Shown: positions 1 to 13,949, counted from the first letter of the stretch. The stretch is DNA of 64,000 nucleotides from the human T2T-CHM13v2.0 reference genome, Homo sapiens (GCF_009914755.1 NC_060934.1); one strand, 5' to 3'. Numbers and translations: made by a program. Notes: generated by a model not told the origin, from the letters alone.

Positions 1-300
1 TTCTGTAGCTAGTCATATAGTCAACTAGCTGGTCAAGGTGACCATAGAGTGGTACTGTGTCCCTGCTCACTACCTAAGGAGAGGCAGGGAAACTGGATTT
101 GCTGCTTGCTCAAAAAGTGTTGGGCCCTTTGCCTGGGTTGCAACCCACTGTGTGGGTAGGCATGGGCCGTGTGGGATTTAGGCATAAGGAACTTAGGCAA
201 ATATGTTGATGTGCATTCTTCTTGCTGTTCTGTGAGTAATAAAGTCTTTTGTTTATGATGCAGGAATCTTGTGTCTTCTGCCTGTTTCCATGGGACAGTG
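1..300 (+). mobile_element. 3' part of an old ERV LTR (family uncertain)
   Basis: AATAAA at 238-243 in the context 'ctgtgagtaataaagtcttttg...tcttgtgtcttctgcc', which resembles the R/U5 of old MER-type LTRs. Recognised by eye only. Confidence 0.4.
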
Positions 301-462
301 TCAGGATAACTGTAAGCTTTAAGTAAGCTACAATCCCAAATCCTTCACCTTTTAAATTTGTTTTCAGCAATTCGCCTAGCTACCTAGATGTGGTTCTCTT
401 TGTGTTTATCTTACACACATTGTTCATTGAGGTTCTTGGATCTGCAGGGTTTTTTTTTTTTT

Positions 463-790
463 TGCAGTTGCAAGATTTAATAGAGTGAAAACAGAGCTCC
501 CATAAAATGGGAGGGGACCCAAAGGGGGTTGCCGCTCCCTGCTCAAATGCCTGGGTTTATGTCCTGATCATTGTCCCTCCACCTGTGCTCTCAGGTGATA
601 TATGATTTGACTCTTTCTTTACCTCCTGCTTTAGCCTAATTTGTATTCTAGCGAGCCCTCTTTACTACCTGATTGGTCAGGTGTGAGCTGAGTTGCAAGC
701 CCCGTGTTTAAAGGTGGGTGTGGTCACCTTTCCCAGCTAGGTTTAGGAATTCTTAGTCGGCCTAGGAAATCCAGCTAGTCCTGTCTCTCA
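463..790 (-). repeat. HERV-W 3' U3-R (truncated LTR17)
   Basis: Starts TGAGAGACAGGACTAGCTGGATTTCCTAGG on the minus strand at 790, after a polypurine tract (~794-802). CCAAT is present; the TATA position reads CATAAA (plus strand tttatg 556-561). Confidence 0.93.
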
Positions 791-849
791 GTACCCCCTC
801 TCAACGGGAAAACCCAAGTGCTGTTGGGGAGGTTGGCCGACAACCGCTC

Positions 850-1272
850 TTAACTGCTTCCTGCTGAATTGGGGCATGATAGGGGTCGTGCAGTTGAGAT
901 TTCCTCAGGAGGGGTGCCTTCAATGCCATTAACATCAGAGCATGGGCTAGCAGGCCGGTCCAGGGGTCTGCAGTAGATCTTAGTCATGGACAGCATCTGG
1001 GGCTCCATTTGAAGAACGATTTGTAATTTTACAGCTTCGATTCTGGAAGAGGCAAACTTAACAAGGAGCTTAAACATACAGGGATTGAAATGTATGGCCT
1101 GAAGTGCAGGGGCATATATGGGTGTGGGCGGTGAAAGTGGGGTTTCCTTTAGAAAAACTCCTATATGATGGGGCATCAATATTTCCAGGAAGCTGCATTC
1201 TCCATGGAAGCTCTTGGTAAGGGGAGCTACTGGTAGTACAGTGGCATGGAGGAGGTGCAGTGAGAGTGAAAG
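850..1272 (-). pseudogene. env: HERV-W env remnant (SU fragments plus TM cytoplasmic tail)
   Basis: Translation ends PCMFKLLVKFASSRIEAVKLQIVLQMEPQ...PNSAGSS*, the syncytin-1-like tail. It keeps the 4-aa insert that ERVW-1 lacks. Positions 1110-1272 encode FTLTAPPPCHCTTSSSPYQE, the env N-terminus, in another frame. Confidence 0.9.
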
Positions 1273-3700
1273 TTTTGGGTGAAGGGTTTTAAGTAATTTC
1301 CACTGGTTAGCTGCAGGCAAAAGTATTTTTCCTTCTTCGGTGGCTAGCCATCCTGAGGGGAGGAAACTATGTCCTTGTGAGGTTCCCCATTCTATGTCTT
1401 CTGCTGAGTACTGGGGCTTGGTTTCCTGGAGGGGATTACCCCATACTAGGGGTCCTTCTATAAGCATTTCTAATGGAGGGGGTCCTGCCTTGCAGCTCTT
1501 CTGGCTTCAATATCCTCTTGGTGGTTCCCTTCTATTTCCCTTTCCTTTCCTTTCTGGTGACCCCAGCAGTGTAAGACTGCCACCTCTTTAGGTTTCTCTG
1601 TACAGCCAAGAATAATCTCCTAATGGCTTCCTGATGTTTGATAGGTGTTCCCTCGGAAGTTAGGAATTTCCTTTCTCTCCATATTGCTGTGTGGGCATGG
1701 AGAACTAGGTGAGCATACTTAGAGTCTGTATATATATTTACCCTTTTTCCTTCTTCTAATTCTAGTGCCCGAGTGAGGGCTATTAGTTCTGCCAGCTGAG
1801 CACTAGTTCCTGGAGCGAGGGGATTACTTTCAAGTATTCCATTATTACTGACCACTGCATACCCCACTTTTCGAAGTCCTTTTTCTACAAAGGAACTTCC
1901 ATTAGTATACAAGTTGAGGTTGGGATCAGTTAAGGGAACCTCTAGAAGGTCCCCTCGAGTGGCATAGGTTTGAGCAATCACCTGTTGACAGTTATGTTCT
2001 ATCTTTTCTTTATTATTTGGAAGAAATGTGGCTCAGTTAAGAGTTGCACAAGTGTGCAGTTGCAGCACTGGCCCTTTAAGTAATAGAGCCTGTTATTTAA
2101 GCAAATGGTTGCCTGACAGCCACAAGTCTCCTTTAGCAGTGAGTATGCTGTTCACATCATGAGATGTCCACACGGTAAGATCTCTTCCCTGTATTATTTT
2201 AACTGCTTCAGATACTAAGACTGCTACTGCCACCACTACCCGTAAACAATGAGGCCAACCTTTTGCCACTACATCAATTTCCTTACTTAGGTAAGCCATG
2301 GGTTGCAAGCTGGTCTCTCGGACCTGTGTAAGGATTCCTAGAGCTATTCCTCTTTTTTCTGTGACATATAAAGAAAAGTCTCGCTCCGTTGGCAAGCTTA
2401 ATACTGGGGCTTGGGTTAGGGCCTTCTTTAGGGCCTGGAAAGCCGCTTCTGCTTCAGGTGTCCTTCTTACTAAATGGGTATTGGCTTTCTGAGTTTCCTT
2501 AATTAGTGTATATAATAGCCTGGCTATTTTGCCGTACCTGGGAATCCATATTTGGCAGAAGCGTGTTATGCCAAGGAACCCTCGTAGTTGCTTTAGGGTT
2601 TTGGGATGGGGATAAGCCAGTATAGGCTGGATACGTTCCTTACTGAAGGCCCTGGTGCCTTTGGATAATTTTAGCCCTACGTATTTAACCTGCTGTGAGC
2701 AGAGCTGAGCCTTTGGTTTGGAAACCTTGTAGCCACAGGTGGCGAGGAAATTTAAGAGCGTTTGGGTGGCTTGATGGCACAAGGTTTCTGAACGGGCGGC
2801 TAAAAGTAAATCATCCACGTGCCAAAGGACAAGAGTGTCCAGGTATGAGATTTGACTCAAGTCTTGGGCTAATGCTTGGCCAAATAGATGGGGGCTATCC
2901 CTGAACCCTTGGGGTAAAACAGTCCAGGTGAGTTGAGACATTGGGTTCGAAGGATCTTCAAAGGCAAACAAGAATTGAGAGTCAGGATGTACAGGGATGC
3001 AGAAAAAGGCATCCTTAAGGTCCAGGACTGTAAACCACTCTGCTTCCTCTGGTATTTGGGAAAGCAGAGTATAAGGGTTAGGTACAGCTGGGTATGGAGG
3101 GACAATGGCCTCACTGATAATCCTGAGATCTTGCTCTAACCTCCACTGTCCATTGGGTTTCTGTACTCCTAAAATTGGAGTATTGCAGGGGCTACTGCAT
3201 GGTTTTACTAGGCCTTGGGCTTTTAGTTTCTTAACAATCTTTTGGAGTCCTTGTTGGGCCTCGGGTGTAAGGGGGTACTGCCTTTGGTAGGGAAAGGAGG
3301 CAGAATCCTTTAGTTTAACTTGAACAGAACAGGCATTCTTTGCTCGTCCATATTGTCCGTCTGTTGCCCAGACTTCAGGATTAATTCCTTCCTCAAGCAG
3401 AGGGCAACAAATGGGTGTTCTTTTCCTGTGTTCAGGTGTATAATGGCCGCTGCTTTTGCTAGAATGTCTCTCCCTAACAAGGGAGTGGGGCTTTCAGGCA
3501 TAATTAGAAAAGCATGTGAAAGAGTAATGTTCCCCAGTCACAACTTAGTGGTTGGGAGAAATATCTAGTGACTGGCTGTCCTAGGACCCCTCGGATAGTG
3601 ACAGATCTGGAGGACAGTTTTCCGGGACAAGAGAGTAAGACTGAGAAGGCCGTGCCAGTGTCCAGGAGACAGTTAACCTCCTGGCCCTCAATGGTCAAAC
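1273..3700 (-). pseudogene. pol: HERV-W pro-pol, frameshifted, integrase deleted
   Basis: Protease LLDTGTAFSVL (3504-3698) and PLLGRDIL; RT QLTWTVLPQGFRDSP and HVDD in place of YVDD (2093-2971); RNase H LYTNGSSFV..SAQLAELIAL..IYTDS (1532-1981). Split over several frames. Confidence 0.93.
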
Positions 3701-4788
3701 ATACCCGGGGCTCTGTGAGGGTGATGGCATGGGCTGGTGCTTGCCACAGGCACCCTCATTCCTGCTGCTGGATCATCTGGTTAGTGGCTTCTGACTCAGA
3801 GGACCTTCATCCCCTGGGGCAGTGGGCCTTCCAGTGATTCCCTTGACATAAGGGGCATGGACGAGGGGGCAGCTTATTTCTATTTGGACAATCTGCTTTA
3901 AAGTGTCCTTGTAGACCACACTGGAAGCAAGCCCTATTAGGCATTCGATTTGCTCAGCCTTTCTGTGTTCCAGAGCCTCCAAAGTCCGCTTGCCTGAGGG
4001 CCATGACTAAAGCGGTGGCCTTTTTCTTATCTCGTTAGTCCAGTTCCACCTGCTCCTCCTGATCTCTATTATAAAAAACCGAGGTTGCCAAGTTCAATGG
4101 GGTTTTTTAAGTTTTGCTCCATGCCTAAGGCGGACTTTTGAAGTGTTTTTTTTTATGTCTGCAGCTGACTGACTGATAAACTTATCCTTTAAGACTAGTT
4201 GGCCTTCAATAGAGTCAGGTGACAGAGAGGTATGCTTCCTCAGTGCCTCCCTTAGTCTCTCCAGAAAGGCAGTAGGATTTTCTTCCTTTCCCTGTGTTAT
4301 AGTGGACATCATTGAATAATTTATAGGCTTCCTCCTAGGTTTCCCTAGTCCTACTAGCACATAAGTTAGCAAATGTCTGTGGCACCAATCTCCATGTTCT
4401 GATTCTGCATCCCAATGAGGGTTTACACTGGGAACTGCCTGCTGGCCTGTGGGGAATCATTCTCTTTCCTCTGTTGTCATCCTATCATTGACCTGACTGA
4501 GATACCAGAGATCGCCAAACTCTCAGGCTGCAGTTATGGTGGCACTTCTCTCATTTGGGGTTAGTGTCTGATTTAGCAGTAACATTATATTTCTCCATGT
4601 CAGATTAAAGGATTGTCCTAACCCTTGTAAAACATCAATATAGCCATCAGGGTTATTTGAGAATTTACCTAGGTCTATTTTAATTTGCTTTAAGTCTGAC
4701 AGGGAAAAAGGTACATACACTCTGACTGGGCCGAATTCTCCAGAATACATCTTAGGGGCGTTTTTGCCTTAGGGGTAATGTTTCCTAT
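3701..4788 (-). pseudogene. gag: HERV-W gag, disrupted
   Basis: CA motifs VPFSLSDLKQIKIDLGKFS and ITQGKEENPTAFLERLREALRKHT. The start codon position reads ATA, and there is an N-terminal deletion. Confidence 0.9.
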
Positions 4789-5329
4789 CTGAAAAAAAAA
4801 AACCGGGATGCCATCACCCCTAGTCATTCTCTGATGAGCATTAGTGCTAGAGCGTCTTCTATGGTCCTAATGCTTATTGCTTTCCAGGGTGCGTAACTAC
4901 CCATGGACCTCTGCTTATCGGGTTAGTTACGCTTACCAAGTAGCAGTCCTGCACCCCTTTTCCCGCCTTTCTTGACCACAAAGAAAAGGGTCCAGGCTGC
5001 TGTATTCTAGTGGTCCTTTACCAGCATGCCCAACATTGCCTTTGTGCTCAGGGGTGAGTTGTAGAGCTGGGCTGGGTTCCTGAGTATTTCATAACAACCC
5101 AGTTGCCCCATCAAGATACATTCCAATAAATAAAACAGTTCTTATGCAAATTTGTGTCAGAGAGGGTGTAGGTAACATTTTGAGTCAGGATTGAGATAGA
5201 TTTTTTTGATTCTATAAGTGCTTTAAGACTTGGCTGAGTGAAAACAGCTCGAACATTTCAGCAAACCAATTATTAGGCAATTCTCCTAACTCTGCTTCCA
5301 CAAGAGTCTCCCTATCAATTACTGAATAC

Positions 5330-5806
5330 CCATTGTGGTTTTTTTTTTTATTATCCCAAGTTCATTGTTTTTTTGTTTTTTTTTAATTTTTTAATTTTTT
5401 ATTTATTATTATTATACTTTAAGTTTTAGGGTACATGTGCACAATGTGCAGGTTAGTTACATATGTATACATGTGCCATGCTGGTGTGCTGCACCCACCC
5501 AAATGTCCAACAATGATAGACTGGATTAAGAAAATGTGGCACATATACACCATGGAATACTATGCAGCCATAAAAAATGATGAGTTCATGTCCTTTGTAG
5601 GGACATGGATGAAATTGGAAATCATCATTCTCAGTAAACTATCGCAAGAACAAAAAACCAAACACTGCATATTCTCACTCATAGGTGGGAGTTGAACAAA
5701 GAGAACACATGGACACAGGAAGGGGAACATCACACTCTGGGGACTGTTGTGGGTTGGAGGGAGGGGGGAGGGTTAGCACTGGGAGATATACCATTGTGGT
5801 TTTTTT
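5330..5806 (-). mobile_element. Young L1PA 3' fragment with 5' inversion (twin priming), nested in HERV-W
   Basis: TSD ccattgtggttttttt at 5330 and 5791. Minus-oriented L1 3' end at ~5400-5497 and plus-oriented ORF2 end/3'UTR at 5498-5790 ([25 protein letters not shown]). Confidence 0.93.
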
Positions 5807-6357
5807 CTCAATCACCTGGGAGGAAACCTCTATCGTCCTGTCCTGAAGGGAGTTCCTCCTAGGTCTGGTCGGACCTTTGTATGGTAATTAAGATTTAAAT
5901 CCCCTGTTAGGAAATCTGCTGGGTTAAGGGAATTTTCAGTGGTTAAGGTTAAATCACCCTTTTCTAACAGAATAGCCCCATACGAGTAAGATTTGAGTTA
6001 GTAAGCTACCATTTTGCTTTTTTGACTTAGGATAATTCTGAACTGATGAGGTGTGCTCACAATGAGGTTTCCTCTAAAAGTTATTTTTCTACTTTCTTCT
6101 GTTAGCAAAGCAGTTGCTGCTACAGATTGAATGCATTTGGGCCATCTGCGGGTTACTGGGTTAAGGATTTTTGATAGGAAGGCTGCGGGTTGTCAGTGGT
6201 CTCAGTGTTTTCAGGCTGTTACGCCCTTGTTTACACTGACAACAAGGTAGTATTGGAGTGTTATAGGGTCATGGAGAAGACCTTCCATGATCAATTATAG
6301 GTTTTAAATTTACCCTGGCTTTTAAAGGAATAGGGCACATTGTTTTTTCTTTACTAC

Positions 6358-6450
6358 TTCTATCTTTCTCTTTCTTTCTCTCTTTGACTCCCTCTTTGTC
6401 TCTCTTTCTTTCTCTCCCCTCTGTCTCTCTCTTTCTCTCTCTTTTCTCCT
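6358..6450. repeat. CT-rich low-complexity tract in the HERV-W leader
   Basis: Runs of (ctct)/(tttc) seen directly. Confidence 0.8.
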
Positions 6451-6984
6451 AGCCCTTTACAAACTTGGGGCCCTGGCAAGGGTGGTGGGGAATGGGTCTC
6501 ACATAACTGCCCATGTCGAGAGCTGTATACCTAAATTGGGAGGGATACCAGGGACAAGACTCTCTGGGTTCATAGCCTAGGGGCCTAAGGATGCAGTGTA
6601 GAGCTCCCTTAGATCCCTTTGGAGATACAACTTGCTAGAGGAAATGAAACTCTGAACCATTAGTACCTAGGAGGCAGGGATGGGAGGAAGTAGATTCAGA
6701 GGTAAGGAGAATTTTGGGGCTACACTTTCAAGAAAGTCGTGGTTGGGACCCAGGAGGTATGGGTCAGAAGGAAAGGTAGGGGCACACACATGGGCAACTG
6801 TTGAGTAGAGACTTCTGGCTGTGCCATGATCTGAACCAGCTAATGCTGGGAGTTCGGGACAACAGCTTTCTGCCTCTAGTTGGCCCTCGGCTTCCCCAGG
6901 AAAATTGAAAGCGGAAGCTGATTCTAGGCAGACCAACATTCCCAACCCACAAGGATTGGGGGTTGTTAGAAAGCCCTTTCCCAG

Positions 6985-7321
<337 letters not shown>

Positions 7322-7445
7322 TTAAGTCCAGCGGCCACACTAATCGTTTTTAACTGGCCAACAGGTGCCTGGTATTTTCCTCCAATTCTAAGGAAGGATA
7401 GGACAGAATAGCAAGTGAAAGTGGTCCAATATTACCACTTTGGAT

Positions 7446-7463
7446 GTCCCTTCGTGGTCACCA
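7446..7463 (-). promoter_or_regulatory. Retroviral primer-binding site
   Basis: TGGTGACCACGAAGGGAC on the minus strand, 3 nt after the U5 terminal CA. Confidence 0.85.
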
Positions 7464-7466
7464 AAA

Positions 7467-7974
<508 letters not shown>

Positions 7975-9910
7975 CAGGTTAATTTTTAAAAGTAAAATTT
8001 GAGAAGTTTTGGGCCTTTATTTCTTCCAGTACATTTTCTGCTCATTTTTTCTCTCTCCTCTTTGTCTGGGACACCTCTTACATGTGTGCTGGGACACTTG
8101 AAATGGTCCCATAGATCTCTGAGGCTCTTTTTATTTTTCATCAATCTATTTCCCTCTGTTACTTGAATCAGATCCTTTCTATTGATATATTGTTAAATTA
8201 ACTGATTCCTTATTCTGATACTTTCAATCTATTTACTTTTGGGCCCATCTAGTGAATTTTTCATATCACTTATTTTGCTTTTCTTCTCTAGAATTTTTAT
8301 TTGATTCTTTGCTATGGCTTTTGTTTCTTATTGATATTTCCTATTGCTGAATCATTATTATATTTTTCTTTGATTTTTTAACATCATAATAACTTCTTGA
8401 AATCTCTGCTAAATCCTATATATCTGGCCCCATTCAAAGTCAGTTTATACTGACTTCTTTATTCCCCCTCGGTGAGTATGGGTTATACTCTTATAGTTCT
8501 TTGCATATCTAGTGATTTTTAATTAAATACTGGACATATGAACTAATATAGCAACTCGGGATTCTGTTTTATTTTTCTGAGGATTGTTGTTTTCTAGCAA
8601 TTTGTCTGGGATTAAACTGCAGATTCTCTTCTCTGTGGTGTGTAGCTACTGATACCTCTGCTCAGCTTTTTATTCTTAATTTTTAGCCTGGCTTTCTGCA
8701 AGTTGCCCTCATGTCTACTTTAGTTTAGTGGACAGCCTACACTTTAGGAGAGGTTGTGTTAAAAAAACTGAGTCCACAGGGATTCCACCCACTCCTGCTC
8801 AATCTGTTTGTGAGTTAGGGAATGCTTTCAAAGTTATAGCCAGTTCTCAAATCTCTGGCTTTCACTTTTTGCTAGCCTGTCTTGGATTTCCACTATACAC
8901 AGGTCAGAGAGAGATATGTGGAATGCTTATATCTTCTCAGATAATTCCATTAAATTTTTGGTTGGTACACTTCACATCCCAACTGGAACTACAAAACCGT
9001 GGGGTTTTCCCTGTTCACATCTAGCTGGCAAAAGTGGTTTTCTCTTCCCACCTTGGGTTGAGCCTGCCCTCTCTGGAGGAAAGCTGCTGGTTTTCATGGC
9101 TGAACTACTATCTTGCCAAGCTGTGTCCATGTTATGGGTAGAGACTAAAGGGGAGTCATCCCTGGCAAGCAGGTCATAGTTTCCCATTGTTGTTACCCAA
9201 AGTTTTGGAGACTTTTCATGAATAAATGCTTTTCAACTTGTTGTCTGCCTTTGCTCAATTTCTGGTGCACTGAAATGGCTGTGCTTGATAATAGAAACCT
9301 TACCTCCTTTTAGATCACTTTACCCTCTTCTATTTATAATGTTCATAAATATATCATCTACATATACTAGAACCATAGTGAAAGTGTTATAACTTTTGCT
9401 TCTTTCATCAAATATAATTTTAAAAACTAAAGAGAAGGAAAGCTTTTTATAATTATTCATATTTTTGTTGTGTTCTTCCTTTCTTCTTGTCTTCCAAAAA
9501 TTCTTATTTAACATTTCTTTTCTGCATAGAAAACTTCTGTAACTATTCTTTTAGGGTATATATGCTGGTGATAGATTCTGTTCATTTTCCTTCATCTGAG
9601 ACTGTCTTAATTTTCCTTTCATTCCTCAAGAATATTTGTGCTAGATATAGGATTCTGTGTTGACAATTCTTTTATTTTAGTAGTTGAAAAATACTGTGCC
9701 ATTTTCTCTGGCCTCTGTGGTTTCTGATGAGAAAGCTACTGTAAGTCAAATTATTTTCCTTCTAAAAGTAAAGTGTTGTTTCTCTCTCTTTACTTTCAAG
9801 ATATTTTATTTGTCTTTAATTTTCAAAAGTTTGATGATTGATGTGTTTTGGTGCATTTTGGGGGGTTTATCTCTGAGAGGGTTCACTCAGTTTCTTGAAT
9901 TTTTAGGTGT
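7975..9910 (-). mobile_element. Ancient L1M fragments; target of the HERV-W insertion, continuous with ~345-449
   Basis: T-rich decayed antisense L1 phrases (cttggatctgcagg|ttaattt..aaatttgagaagtttt; tttctgatgagaa). Confidence 0.6.
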
Positions 9911-11216
9911 TTGAGTTCCCAGTATCATCTCTGCACACTGGGTCCTGAGTGACAGAAGTGCCCACCAGAAGTGATGCTTTTTCCCAAATTCATCCTTTTG
10001 AACTTTGTGCTCCCAGAGAAGTGGCACCACCTTCAAACTCAGGTTAGGGTCACTGGCTCACTGCCATCTTCAGTTTAGAATTTAAAATCCAGAGAACTCC
10101 CAAGAACATGAAGCTCCTTCGTCAGTGTTTCCACAGTAAATTATGCCCCAGCTCAGGTTCAGAAGTTGATGAAATGCCAATTTGTCCCGTGTAGTCCAAG
10201 CAGTTTAGTCAGGTTATGAGATTTGTTTGGACAAAACATGGAGCTCTAACATTTGGAGATTCACAGTGTGACCTCTCGATTTGAGTCATAGTTTTGGTAC
10301 ACTGAATTTTCCCATTTATTTGAGGAGAAGGAAAGGAGAGACTCATTTAATCAAGACCAACTCTTGTATTATTAACAAGACTAGACCACCTCCAAAACAT
10401 AAGGCTTCCATTCATATTTATTCTCTAGAAATTTTTTCTCTGTATCTGAGAATGGTGGTCAAAATTCAGTCTACAGATGACCTCAAGGTCTCTACCTCCT
10501 GTTTGGAAGTTGTCTAGGAAATCCCTTTGATAACTTATATGTGATTCATATTTTTCGATCATAAAGATTTGTTTCATTTATTACCCATTTCTTTGTGGAA
10601 AGAATTCCCTCACGTGTCAATCAGTTATAAGGACTCAAGATGTGCCGTGGGAAGAATGCAATCTCTCTACCTCCAATCCCACCATTTGCTTGTGAGATCA
10701 ATGTTTTAACTCCTTTAAGCACATGTATTTTCTTATTATTTTAACCTAGAAATGATATATGCTTGCATTACTTTTCTCATGGTTATTTACAACTAATTGT
10801 GGAGTAAATGAATTTAGCCATGTTTAAAAAAATTTAAGATGTCAGCAGGCAAGTGATAGAGGTTGTTTAATAGAAGTTCTCTTAGCAGCATGTTAAAAAT
10901 AATGCTGCAATAATATCATCTACCTAAATGGTTACTCCTAGCAGTCTGATGCCAAAATCTAAACAAATCTAGAATTTTTATATGTGGAGTGACAGTTGTA
11001 CAAACATCACAGTATTCACATAAATATTTTGTATAAGTTAAATTATCTAAGTTTATTATTAAGTTATTATCCTTCCCATCCAAAATATTTTTTAAATCCT
11101 AAGACAACTTCATTGTAGTTTTAGTTATTACAAACTGGAGCAATCTTTAGCAAGTTTGGGAATATGAAAATAATAGCTTATTTAGGCTATCTAACTATTG
11201 AATTTGTTTCATATTT

Positions 11217-12273
11217 CAGTTCACCCTTGAACAATGTGGGGGCTATAGGCGCTGAGCCTCATAAAAAATTAGCATGTAACTGTTGCCTTCCCCAAAACTT
11301 ATCTATTAATAGCCTACTATTGGCCAGAAGCCTTACTGATAACATAAACAGTTGATTAATACATATTTTGTATGTCATATGTATTATATTTTGTATTTTT
11401 ATAATAAAGTAAGCTAAGTAAAGAAAAGATTATTAAGAAAATTGTAGGGAAGAGAAAATATATTTACAGTACTATACTGTATTTATGGATACTGTAAGTT
11501 TATGTTGTCTGTTTAAAAGGTGAATTGTCCATCTGAAATGGTGGGCAGCTGCAGCCGCAAACCTCAATTTATGGTACATATCAAGCAATTCATCTTTTTC
11601 TTGTAATGGCATGACTTTTCTCTGCTTGTTGGGAGCACTTCCAGCATCACTAGTGGCACTTTTTATGGATCCCACGGTGTTATTCGAGGTTTCTAGTATT
11701 GCACTAAACACAATGAAAAATATGTGAGAGCCATGAGAGATCAGTTTTTACTGTGACACACAATTTACTGGAAAGATGAACTGCTCACACAGAGATGATG
11801 TTCGTCACACAGTGTTTTAAGCAGATTCTTGCAACACTTGAGCTCCCCACAATGGCAACAGAAGGTAGCTATGAAATCATTACAATAGTACAGTATGTTC
11901 TACGGTGAATTTTATGAAGTTATGATTTAATACTGCATCTTTATGTTTATTTCCATTTCTCTCAACTGCAAATGGCACTATGTATAGTCTGTGTTTGTGT
12001 AAGTTTTGATAAATTTTAACTTTTTATAATAGAGTTACATATATTTTATGTTAGTAAACAATAAAATAGACTAATATCTACATATATTTTATGCATTCAT
12101 GACATACCTAACTTTTTCTTAGTATTTTCAATATTTCTAGGCTGCATGGTTCATCTGCATGTTTTTTCAAATTGTTGCAAATTTCTAAAAATTTTAAAAT
12201 ATATATATATTTTTTGAAATCCACATGTAAGTGGACTCTCAAAGTTCAAACTTGAGTTGTTCAAAGGTACTTG
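11217..12273. mobile_element. Tigger3/MER7-type DNA transposon
   Basis: Degenerate TIRs cagttcacccttgaacaa and ttgttcaaaggtacttg. The minus-strand translation PNKQRKVMPLQEKDELLDMY resembles a Tigger N-terminal HTH. Confidence 0.8.
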
Positions 12274-13139
12274 AATTCTCTCCAGCCTTTCTCTTTCTGT
12301 CCTTAAATACATCAAATATCCTAACATTTTAAATGGAGTTCCTACCAATTATATTCAGAGAAACACAGTATGAAGCATGAAAAGTACCTATATGGAAAGT
12401 GGCTTATCACTTCATAGAGATTTTTAGAAAGTAATTTCCTTTAACTTTATTGGGAAGGAGGTTCTACTCAAAAACTGTTTCCTGGAGTAGTCAGTCTTAA
12501 GCTGCTGTATGTGTTATGCTTCTTACCAAAGTTCAGGAGGGCACTATCTGTTTCCTCAGGATGGTGTCAAAATGGAGTGTTGGCAGTGTTCCTTATGTGA
12601 AGTAAAGAGATAACAGCTAGAAAGCTAATTAAAATAGAGTAGACTTGCTTTAAGGAAGCGGGCAAAACCTTTTCCTTCCCAGAAAAATTTCCTACTCCCA
12701 CCCACTGCAAAGACTTGAAACAATAGAGTCAGCAAAAAGAATGGCAACTTTATGTTCCCTTTTATGAAATTTCTAATTTTGTTTCCTTAAGTCTCTACCT
12801 CACTCTATGTTGTCTTGGGTAGGTAAGAATTGACAAATGCTTATTTTCCTAGTAGTGGTACATTTAAAAACAATCTCCCTTCCCCTAATGTTCCTTTTCA
12901 AAAACTTTATTCCAGCCAAAAGAGTGACTTTACATTGGGAGGATCTTAAGACAATAACAGCGAGATAGCCTTAGAGGAAATAATTGCCTTTTGTTTCATG
13001 AATTTCTCTAACTTAGTGATATCCCGATTCCTGATTTGTAGCAAGTCAGAAACACTGAAATCTCCACTTAGGAACATTAATAATGTTTTTCCTAATTCAC
13101 TGGATTTGATTATTGCACACAGAAGCTATTCTTCCCAGT

Positions 13140-13452
13140 ATTTCTTTCTTTCTTTTTGAGACAGGTTCTCACTCTGTTACCCAGACTGGAGTGCAGTGAC
13201 ACGATTACAGCTCATTACAGCCTCAATCTCCCAGGCTCAAGTGATCTTCCCACCTCAGCCTCCTGAGTAGCTGGGACTGCAGGTATGCATGCCACCACAC
13301 CTCATTAATTTCTGTGTTCTTTTGTTTTTTTTTTTTTGTTACAGACAAGGTCCCGCCATGTTGCCCAGGCTGTTCTCAAACTCCTGAGCTCAAGTGAGCT
13401 TCCTGTCTCAGCCCCCTGAAATGCTGGGATTACAGGTGTGAGCCACTGTGCC
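13140..13452 (-). mobile_element. AluJ
   Basis: Antisense Alu with J-type ggctcaagtgatc; TSD ccagtatttc. Confidence 0.9.
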
Positions 13453-13949
13453 AGTATTTCCCACTATAATCAAGTGGTGCCACCACCATTTGGCTTATAT
13501 TTCTACATTAAAAGGGAAGTGAAAAGAGAAAGGACAAAGAATCAATCATAATCTTGGGCATAATTACTGGGTCATCAGAAATGTTAAAGCATATAAGGAC
13601 AAAAGAGGAAGTGGCTGAAAAAGTAAAGTACAGTGAAAAATAAAAGGAAATAATGGGGAAAAAAACTATGACTTTATTAGAAACTGATATATAATTAGAA
13701 TGCAGATTTTTGGTGAGAGATTAGTGGTAAGAAAATAATTGTAAGTAAATATGTGTTATTTATTTATAGCCATTCTTATTTTAAAAAAGATATGTGGTGG
13801 TAAATATTTATGTAAATGTCTTCCTAATTGAAAAACACAATGAAACAAAAATAGTGGCATTTCTTTTTAACAGTGTTGTGTTTAACAATGGAATTGCTTC
13901 CTATCTGTCTGGAAAAGTGAAGGTATACTAATACCTCACACTTGTATAA

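Noticed and set aside
2093-2971. 292-aa RT ORF as a functional reverse transcriptase
   Set aside because: Non-ATG start, N-terminus in another frame, YVDD changed to HVDD, integrase deleted.
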